Below are positions 1 through 6,468 of a stretch of 23,162 nt of DNA, piece by piece (positions within the stretch are counted from its first letter, which is position 1; every line of letters begins with the position of its first letter). The stretch comes from Promethearchaeati archaeon. GTDB lineage: Archaea > Asgardarchaeota > Heimdallarchaeia > JABLTI01. Below the pieces are notes generated by a model, which worked only from the letters and a program-made list of their open reading frames with translations, was not told the DNA's origin and did not search any database. The stretch covers positions 1 to 23,162 of the forward strand of contig JABLTI010000039.1 of NCBI GenBank assembly GCA_013166835.1. Direction: 5' to 3'. Made by a program: the position numbers and the translations under genes.

Positions 1-41
1 AGTAATCCGATTTTGGTCATTTTTTCTGTAACCTTGCTCAT
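1..41 (-). CDS. 5' end of a CDS running off the left edge (MSKVTEKMTKIGL...), product unknown
   Basis: Minus-strand ATG at 41-39 preceded by AGGAG SD-like site; frame open to the window edge. Confidence 0.55.
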   Translation of the reverse strand, partial: MSKVTEKMTKIGL

Positions 42-197
42 GGATAGTAACTCCTAAATCTCACAATAAATTGCTTACTATTATTTTTTTTGTATGATAT
101 CAGATTATCCACTTAAGAATATTTGCAAAAATAGAAAATAAATGTTTTCCATAACAAAAAAAACAGAAAAATACAAAACAAAGAAAAAGGAAAGGAA

Positions 198-677
198 TTA
201 TCCTTCTTTTCTCTTAACTCTTCGTCTGATTTTAAATAGCGCTGTGGATGATATGCCAATGAGAATAATACAGACATGTGCTGCAGGAACACTTGGAGTA
301 ATTGTGTTATCGGTGACTGTTATTTGTTCTGTTTTTGTGCCACCCTGATTGCATTCTGTAGTTACTTTTAGTATATCACCTATTGTTGCACTAATATTGT
401 ATGTATATGAGAAAATAGAATTGGTTGGTTGAGAAGTATAGCTAGTACTATTCACTAAGCCATCATTCTTCCAGATATCAACATCAATTATATAATGAGT
501 GTTCGAGTCAGCAACTGAATGAACCAGTAAGACTGTTAGTTGTTGATCTAAGAAGCCATATTCTAATGTTAAATTTGAAGGAGAATGACTAGTAATTTTT
601 GTACTATTAATTGAAAGCCCAATCAACAAAATGAACAGTGAAATTAGTACAAGATTTCTTTTCTTTTTAACCCACAT
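198..677 (-). CDS. Secreted, C-terminally anchored protein with a superoxide reductase (desulfoferrodoxin/neelaredoxin)-like domain
   Basis: Basic plus hydrophobic N-terminal signal; H31(SHSP), H53, H61(HYI), C109(CNQGG) in SOR-like order; C-terminal VP + hydrophobic helix + basic tail (KIRRRVKRK); several N-x-S/T sequons. Confidence 0.7.
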   Translation of the reverse strand: MWVKKKRNLVLISLFILLIGLSINSTKITSHSPSNLTLEYGFLDQQLTVLLVHSVADSNTHYIIDVDIWKNDGLVNSTSYTSQPTNSIFSYTYNISATIGDILKVTTECNQGGTKTEQITVTDNTITPSVPAAHVCIILIGISSTALFKIRRRVKRKEG

Positions 678-730
678 ATTGTATACCTATGGTTACAGCT
701 ATTGGATGTTAAAAAAGGTCTTTGGTTTAT

Positions 731-760
731 AAAAAAAGAAAAGAATCACTAAAGTGATTC
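731..760 (-). terminator. Hairpin plus T-tract after the first beta-helix gene
   Basis: GAATCAC-TAAA-GTGATTC (743-760) followed on the minus strand by TTTTCTTTTTTT. Confidence 0.55.
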
Positions 761-772
761 AAATTCTAAAGC

Positions 773-1945
773 TTAATCGTACGCTTTTGGTTCTGGTAAA
801 GTTTTAACTTTCTTTGGTTCATTGCTGATTCTAGCGCCTTCTTCTATGTAAATATCATTGGTGTAAAGTATTTCTCCAGAGATTCTAGCACCTTCTTCGA
901 TGGAAACATTGTCACCATAAATATTTTTTATACGGGCATTTTCCTCTATGCGAATCTCTTTGCCATACAAATCTTGAGCAGTTGCTCGAGAAGATATGAT
1001 TATTGTCTCAGCACTCACTATTCCTTGTACTTCTCCTCTTCTACCAATTTTGAAGTATTTACCTGTAATTAGCTTGGCTATTGCTGAACCACCGATTTCA
1101 ATTTCATCACCGGTTAGTACTTTTTCTATAGTGCATGATCCACCAACTTTGATGTTTCCTGAACAAGTTAGATTTTCATTGCAGGTTAAAGTTCCACCTA
1201 CTCTTATTGTTTCACCCTCAGCATTTCCCCCTATTCTTATTGTACCTCCAACATCAATTTTACCAAATTCTAGATTTGCACTTGTTTTTAGTGTGCCACC
1301 AACATCTAAATCCTGTATTTTGGCATCTTCTTCTAGTTTTACTGTACCACCAACATCAATAGAATCAATTTCTATTTTCTCTGAAGCTTTGAAAGTACCG
1401 CCCACTTTAATAACTTCAAATTTACCACCAGTAACTCTGACTGTTCCACCAACTTTTAATTTTTCAATAGATGAAGTTGCGAGTAATTTTACAGTGCCCC
1501 CAACGGCTATTGAACCAATGTTGTTTTCACCATAAATTTTGAGAGTTCCACCAACTTGAAGGGATTCTATTTTAGCATTTCCTCCAATTTTGATTGTTCC
1601 GCCTACTTTGACGGATTCACTTGTAAGATCTTTTGCGACATCTAGTGAACCACCAACACCAACTTCAGGACAAAGCATGTTTCCATTGACTTCTAATTTG
1701 TTATCGACTTGAGCATATTGTTCAAGCTCTAAATGACCGACAATTTCTACTGAGCCATTTTTAGTTCGTATACTTCTTGCTCTCAAGTCTCCTTCACAAG
1801 TAAAACTGCCTTTAGAATTAATGGATCCATCAACAACAATTATACCATTGTCAGCAATTAAGGTAGCATCTTTACCGATTTTGAGATTGCCTTTGACTTT
1901 TCCAAGTCTTACTGTTTGTCCTTTTTCAACTATTTTTTCAGACAT
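773..1945 (-). CDS. Long bactofilin-like / polymer-forming cytoskeletal beta-helix protein, paralog A (VGG-T repeats)
   Basis: 390 aa; 12 consecutive ~17-aa repeats with (V/I)GG(T/S) turns; C-terminal 'GDNVSIEEGARISGEILY' resembles YhbE/YhbF-type bactofilin ends; AAGGGTGA SD upstream. Confidence 0.75.
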   Translation of the reverse strand: MSEKIVEKGQTVRLGKVKGNLKIGKDATLIADNGIIVVDGSINSKGSFTCEGDLRARSIRTKNGSVEIVGHLELEQYAQVDNKLEVNGNMLCPEVGVGGSLDVAKDLTSESVKVGGTIKIGGNAKIESLQVGGTLKIYGENNIGSIAVGGTVKLLATSSIEKLKVGGTVRVTGGKFEVIKVGGTFKASEKIEIDSIDVGGTVKLEEDAKIQDLDVGGTLKTSANLEFGKIDVGGTIRIGGNAEGETIRVGGTLTCNENLTCSGNIKVGGSCTIEKVLTGDEIEIGGSAIAKLITGKYFKIGRRGEVQGIVSAETIIISSRATAQDLYGKEIRIEENARIKNIYGDNVSIEEGARISGEILYTNDIYIEEGARISNEPKKVKTLPEPKAYD

Positions 1946-1990
1946 TTTTTGATCACCCTTCGGTTTAATTTGAATATACTACTATTTTAA

Positions 1991-2045
1991 TTATATATAA
2001 AGCAGATTCACTTTTTGTACACTCAATATGAGGTCACAATTTGTG
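1991..2045 (-). promoter_or_regulatory. TATA box plus tandem 11-bp palindromic operator array upstream of paralog A
   Basis: TTTATATATAA on the minus strand (1991-2001); CTCA-ATA-TGAG (2022-2032) and CACA-ATT-TGTG (2035-2045); 37/47 nt identical to the region upstream of paralog B. Confidence 0.65.
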
Positions 2046-2052
2046 TCTAAAG

Positions 2053-2085
2053 AAAAAAAGTTTTGCTATTCCAACAGGAATAGCA
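2053..2085 (-). terminator. Hairpin plus T-tract after paralog B
   Basis: TGCTATTCC-AACA-GGAATAGCA (2064-2085), a 9-bp stem, followed on the minus strand by T7. Confidence 0.65.
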
Positions 2086-2095
2086 TATAAAAAAA

Positions 2096-3271
2096 TCAGA
2101 ATTTTGGAGCAGGTAGTTCTTTAACTTTCTTGGGTTTAGCACGAATCTTAGCTTTCCCTTCAGCATCAATTGAATCTGTGTACTCTACTTTGCCACTTAG
2201 AACTGCATAATCTTCGATTATGATCTTATCTGCAAAGACGTTTCTCGCTCTGCTTCTTTCCAACATCTCAAGTTCAGATACGTAGAGATTCTTAGCTCTA
2301 GCTCGTTCATTTAATACAACAGATTCTGCTTGAACTATACCGACAAGTTTTCCTCTTCTGGCAACACTGATAGATTCAGCTTTGATAAATTTGGCTTTAA
2401 TCTTTTTACCAGCAGAAAGTTTCTCTGCTTCAAGTTTTTTACCAGCTGAAACACTGAAACCAGCAGATAAACTACCACTGAGGGTGATATTTGATTTGCC
2501 ATGTACTCTCATACCTGCACTAGCTCTCTCACCTTTAGCGTCTTTTTTCAAGATGACACTCATGCCAGCGCTTAAGTCACCAAATTCAATAATATTCTTT
2601 GCTTTAACTTTCATACCAGCACTAGCTTTTCGTACCTTTGTTATACCAAATAGCTTGACACTCATACCAGCACTAACACTTTCTATTTCAGTGTCTTTTT
2701 TGGAGATCACTGACATTCCAGCACTGACTTTTCCGAATTTTCCAGAGGTAACTACAACTCTTGCTCCTGCACTAGCTTTCTCAACATTACTTATACCATA
2801 TAATTTGACACTAGCACCTGCAGAAATTTTACCAACAGTATGATCACCATTTAGTTTTACAATAGCTCCTGCACTAATTGAATCGGCTTCTACTTTTCCA
2901 TGTAGTCTTACAATAGCACCAGCGCTAATTTTATCAGCTTTAACATCTTTTTTAACATCAACAGTCATTCCTGCTGATACATCTTCAGCTTCAAGAGAAC
3001 CAGTTACAAGTAATTTCTTTTCAGCTTCAACTTCTCTTTTAACTTTGAGATCACCGAAAATCTTTACGCTACCTTTTTTGCTTTCAATGCTTAGAACTTC
3101 AAGATTTCCTTTACACTTGAAGCCACCTTTATTCTTAATCTTACCATGAACAACAATTGTTTTGTTCTCTGCAATTATTGTTGCACCTTTTCCGATTTTC
3201 ATGTCTCCATCGACTTCGGAGAATTTCATTCGAGCTCGATTCTTGACATGAACTCTTTTTTTAGCTGCCAT
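2096..3271 (-). CDS. Long bactofilin-like beta-helix protein, paralog B (SAG repeats, Lys-rich)
   Basis: Colinear with paralog A; 12 ~17-aa repeats with SAG turns. Start moved from 3283 to ATG 3271 (MAAKK) because GGTGA precedes it and promoter spacing then matches paralog A. Confidence 0.75.
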   Translation of the reverse strand: MAAKKRVHVKNRARMKFSEVDGDMKIGKGATIIAENKTIVVHGKIKNKGGFKCKGNLEVLSIESKKGSVKIFGDLKVKREVEAEKKLLVTGSLEAEDVSAGMTVDVKKDVKADKISAGAIVRLHGKVEADSISAGAIVKLNGDHTVGKISAGASVKLYGISNVEKASAGARVVVTSGKFGKVSAGMSVISKKDTEIESVSAGMSVKLFGITKVRKASAGMKVKAKNIIEFGDLSAGMSVILKKDAKGERASAGMRVHGKSNITLSGSLSAGFSVSAGKKLEAEKLSAGKKIKAKFIKAESISVARRGKLVGIVQAESVVLNERARAKNLYVSELEMLERSRARNVFADKIIIEDYAVLSGKVEYTDSIDAEGKAKIRAKPKKVKELPAPKF

Positions 3272-3315
3272 ATATTTCACCATATGTTAAATTACTAAAT
3301 ACAGTATAGTTTTAG

Positions 3316-3387
3316 TATTTAAAAAGTAAATTCACTTTAAGAACACTCAACATGAGACCACTATATGTGAAGTCACATTATGTGACT
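3316..3387 (-). promoter_or_regulatory. TATA box plus tandem palindromic operator array upstream of paralog B
   Basis: TTTTTAAATA on the minus strand (3316-3325); CTCA-ACA-TGAG (3346-3356), CACT-ATA-TGTG (3359-3369) and perfect AGTCACA-TTA-TGTGACT (3371-3387). Confidence 0.65.
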
Positions 3388-3399
3388 ATGATCTCTAAT

Positions 3400-4284
3400 T
3401 TACTTTTTTTTCATCTTTTTCAGTTTGAATTCTACAATTTCACTTAATAATCGAGGGTTATCTGAAAAGATTCCATCTACTCCCCAATCCAGTAATCTAA
3501 ACATGTCTCCTGGATCATTAACTGTCCAGACATGTATTGCTATATTTAGCATGTGGCTTACACTAAAGAATTTTGAATCTTTGAAAGTTTTAAGAAAGAA
3601 GAATCTTTCAGGTATTTGTAATGCAAAATATGGCACTGCTTTTCCTAAGATCACTTCTTGATCGAGTGGCATTTCTTGATAGTAATTATATGTTGGATTC
3701 TTCCTAATCCAATGCTTTACTTTTTGCTGAAACTGGAGAACTTCTATGGGACTAGCACTTGTTGGTGCACCAGTTTTCAATCTGAACCTTTGTAGTTGTT
3801 TGTGGTGGAAAGAACCGATCATAACTCTATCCTCAGCATCAAGTTCTTTCAATTTCCTAGCTAATATTTCTGGAGCTTTCGCGAAAGTATCTTTTATATC
3901 CATATTGAACTTTGTTTTCGGAAATTGACTCAGAACATCTTCTAAAGTTTGTATTTGTAATCCTTTACCTCTAAATGGGTACGGATCTTCTTTTTCAGGT
4001 CCTTTGTAGCGGTAACCTTGATCGAGTTTCTTGATTTCTTCTAATGTAAACGAACGTACAAATCCTCGCCCTTCGGTTGTTCGGTTTACAGTTGCATCAT
4101 GAAAGAATAACACTTCGCCATCTTTGGTTACTCGGAGATCAGTCTCAACTACATCTACTCTGTAACTAATAGCATCCTGTATAGCTTTCAAAGTGTTCTC
4201 TGGCACATAGGCACTATCTCCTCGATGAGCCATTACCAAAGGTCGTTTTCCCTTTAAAAAAGGAACAGGACTTCTCTTCCACAT
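3400..4284 (-). CDS. Glycerophosphodiester phosphodiesterase (GDPD/UgpQ family)
   Basis: AHRG...PENT, VETD...TKDG...FHD, WTVN and GVDGIFSD motifs. Confidence 0.92.
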   Translation of the reverse strand: MWKRSPVPFLKGKRPLVMAHRGDSAYVPENTLKAIQDAISYRVDVVETDLRVTKDGEVLFFHDATVNRTTEGRGFVRSFTLEEIKKLDQGYRYKGPEKEDPYPFRGKGLQIQTLEDVLSQFPKTKFNMDIKDTFAKAPEILARKLKELDAEDRVMIGSFHHKQLQRFRLKTGAPTSASPIEVLQFQQKVKHWIRKNPTYNYYQEMPLDQEVILGKAVPYFALQIPERFFFLKTFKDSKFFSVSHMLNIAIHVWTVNDPGDMFRLLDWGVDGIFSDNPRLLSEIVEFKLKKMKKK

Positions 4285-4445
4285 AATGTTTTATCTTTAA
4301 CTTTCATCAAAAATAACTTTTCCCTTGCAATGAAAATTTCTAAGATAATATCTGGGAATTATTAACAAATTAGATAGATTTATTAAACTTAAAACATCGA
4401 AGTTTACACAGTATCCAAACTATATCCCTCGGTGGTTAAAAAAAA

Positions 4446-5684
4446 TTGGCAGACTTTTTTGTAGGAGAAGCACTCCAAGGCAAAGGAAATGAACTTGCCC
4501 ATGTGGATTTAATGATTGGTGATAAGGATGGACCGGTAGGACATGCTTTCGCTAATGGGATGACTCAATTATCACAAGGTCATACTCCGCTTTTAGCATT
4601 AATCAAACCAAATCTAACCCCACATCCACGAACATTGATTGTTCCGAAAGTAACAATTGACAGTCTCGATCAAGCCGAAAAAATATTCGGGCCAGCACAA
4701 ATGGCAGTAGCTAAAGCAGTCGCAGATGCTGCTGAAGAAGGGGATATTCCTCAAAGTAAGATTTTTGAATACGTAGTAATTGTGAGCGTTTACATTCATC
4801 CAAAAGCAGAAGACGAATCAAAAATCTACTACTATAACTATGGTGCTACTAGACTTGCTATTAAAAGAGCGTTAAGCAATTATCCTTCAATGAAGAAACT
4901 AATTGCAGAAAAAGACAGAGCAAAACACCCAGTTATGAAATTCAGACCACAAACCATCTGGGACCCACCATATTTACAGGTTGCTTTAGATGTAGGCTCA
5001 CTATCAGCTGCTGTTAAAATTGTTGAACAACTACCAAAATCAGATAGAATAATCATCGAAATTGGTACTCCATACATCAAGAAATACGGTATAGAAGAAA
5101 CAATTGGCAGAATGAGAGCCTTAAAACCTGGAGCTTATATCATTGCAGATATGAAGACCATGGATGTCGGAAGAGCTGAAGTAAATGCAGCAGCCGATGC
5201 AACAGCAAATGCAGTAGTAGTTTCTGGAATTGCTCCTATCGCAACAGTGGCAGAATTCATCAGAGCATGCAATAAAAGAGGAGTTCACGCTTGGGTAGAT
5301 TCATTGAATACTAAACAAGCAGAATTCATAGCTAGTCTTCAAGGTTTGACAGAGAAACCAAAAGTTGTAATCCTTCATAGGGGAATTGATCAAGAAGACG
5401 CCCAAAAAGAAGGAGCAGCCAAAAAAGAAGGAACTTCCGCAAGTCGTTCTGTCTGGGGAGATATCAAACAAATTAAAAAGATAACAGGCGGACTTGCAGC
5501 AGTTGCAGGCGGTCTTAAACCAGGCAAACCATTAGCAGATGCTCTAAAAGCAGGCGCTGACATAGTCATTGTTGGAAGATACATCTATCGGTCAAGTGAC
5601 CCAAACAGAGCTGCTATGAGATTCCTTGATGAAATGGAAATCGAAGCAGACACCATGCGATTATTCGATAAACTAGATTATTAG
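4446..5684 (+). CDS. fae-hps: Bifunctional formaldehyde-activating enzyme / 3-hexulose-6-phosphate synthase
   Basis: N-terminal Fae (VGEAL..GNELAHVDL, FGPAQ.AVA.AV.D, IHP, YNY.AT); C-terminal Hps (LQVALD, EIGTP, ADMKTMD, LHRGID, AVAGG, IVIVGR). TTG start after GGTGG. Confidence 0.93.
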   Translation: MADFFVGEALQGKGNELAHVDLMIGDKDGPVGHAFANGMTQLSQGHTPLLALIKPNLTPHPRTLIVPKVTIDSLDQAEKIFGPAQMAVAKAVADAAEEGDIPQSKIFEYVVIVSVYIHPKAEDESKIYYYNYGATRLAIKRALSNYPSMKKLIAEKDRAKHPVMKFRPQTIWDPPYLQVALDVGSLSAAVKIVEQLPKSDRIIIEIGTPYIKKYGIEETIGRMRALKPGAYIIADMKTMDVGRAEVNAAADATANAVVVSGIAPIATVAEFIRACNKRGVHAWVDSLNTKQAEFIASLQGLTEKPKVVILHRGIDQEDAQKEGAAKKEGTSASRSVWGDIKQIKKITGGLAAVAGGLKPGKPLADALKAGADIVIVGRYIYRSSDPNRAAMRFLDEMEIEADTMRLFDKLDY

Positions 5685-5720
5685 AGGAGCAAATTTCAGC
5701 TCCTTTCATATTATTTTTTT
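5685..5720 (+). terminator. Hairpin plus T-tract between convergent fae-hps and DUF202 genes
   Basis: AGGAGC (5685-5690) / GCTCCT (5699-5704) followed by a T-rich tract. Confidence 0.5.
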
Positions 5721-6040
5721 CAATCATTAGTATCTATCTTTTCATTTTTTATTAGGTTATTCTGACTTAAAGTACTAATTGCCCTTCTAAACTTAATGAA
5801 TCTTATAATTCCAAAAATAATAACAATTAATCCTAAGGAAATTAATAACCACCCTGTCACTATAATTGCTATTGATTCTTCAAATAATTTTATTAGACCA
5901 ATACCGCCAGCTCCAAAAGCTAGTGCAGTTCTAATATATGCTAAAAATGTTCTTTCATTCGCTTGAGCAGTTCTATCTACTGCGAGGTAATCTCGTATAA
6001 TCATTTTTTCTGGATCTATTTCATATTGTTTTTTACTCAT
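5720..6040 (-). CDS. DUF202 / YidH-like small membrane protein
   Basis: 'RDYLAVDRTAQANERTFLAYIRTALA' signature followed by two hydrophobic helices. Confidence 0.88.
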   Translation of the reverse strand: MSKKQYEIDPEKMIIRDYLAVDRTAQANERTFLAYIRTALAFGAGGIGLIKLFEESIAIIVTGWLLISLGLIVIIFGIIRFIKFRRAISTLSQNNLIKNEKIDTND

Positions 6041-6168
6041 AAAGAATCACTCAAATTTCTCTAGTATTTAGGGATTCATGTTGAAAATCCTAACTAATTA
6101 AGGGATTTATCAGCTAAAAAATTTTTACTTTGAAGTAATATTTCCACAAGAAAAATAGGTCAATTAAT

Positions 6169-6259
6169 AATTAACACAATGGCGTTAATTTTGGTAGGAT
6201 ATTTTACGATTGTAAAATAGTAATTATCACATTGGTGTTATTGATACGTTCTTTAAATA
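6169..6259. promoter_or_regulatory. Cluster of three AC-N4-G(T/C) palindromes followed by a + strand TATA box
   Basis: AATTAACAC-AATG-GCGTTAATT (6169-6190), TATTTTAC-GATT-GTAAAATA (6200-6219), AATTATCAC-ATTG-GTGTTA (6222-6240); TTTAAATA at 6252-6259. Confidence 0.45.
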
Positions 6260-6277
6260 TAGTGTCCAATATAAAAT

Positions 6278-6438
6278 TGGCGAAAAGAAAGCCTCCGAAA
6301 AGACTCCAACAACATGGGATTGGTATTGTTGTTGTGTGGATTTCCGAAGGAAAAAGACTACAAAAGAATATTGCAGTACTCTTTCAATCTATATGGGTCT
6401 GCAAGACGCTTGAAATAGTCGTCTTTTCGCCACTTTTT
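6278..6438 (+). ncRNA. Candidate structured non-coding RNA (three-way junction, possible kissing loops); family not recognised
   Basis: 11-bp closing stem 6278-6288/6422-6432; two internal arms; complementary loops 6317-6323/6384-6390; TATA 26 nt upstream; T5 at 6434-6438; about 41% GC versus about 26% in 6061-6240 (hand count). Confidence 0.55.
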
Positions 6439-6468
6439 ACTTTGGTAAAAATAATTTTTGAAAGACTA

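Noticed and set aside
142-348. 68-aa + strand ORF
   Set aside because: Antisense to the better supported 198-677 gene; its start lies in an A-rich tract.
996-2843. Long antisense ORFs 996-1535 and 2382-2843 with PPT and PA repeats
   Set aside because: Mirror images of the VGG and SAG codon repeats on the coding strand; no independent signals.
6278-6432. Identification as tRNA, 5S rRNA, SRP RNA, hammerhead, SECIS, or lysine/purine riboswitch
   Set aside because: No TTCRA loop, 5S or SRP signature, CUGAUGA core or AUGA/GA quartet; too few helices for a lysine riboswitch and too large for a purine one; no downstream gene on the + strand.
6270-6451. MITE/IS interpretation of the 11-bp terminal inverted repeat
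   Set aside because: No target-site duplication, second copy or transposase in the window; kept only as an alternative.
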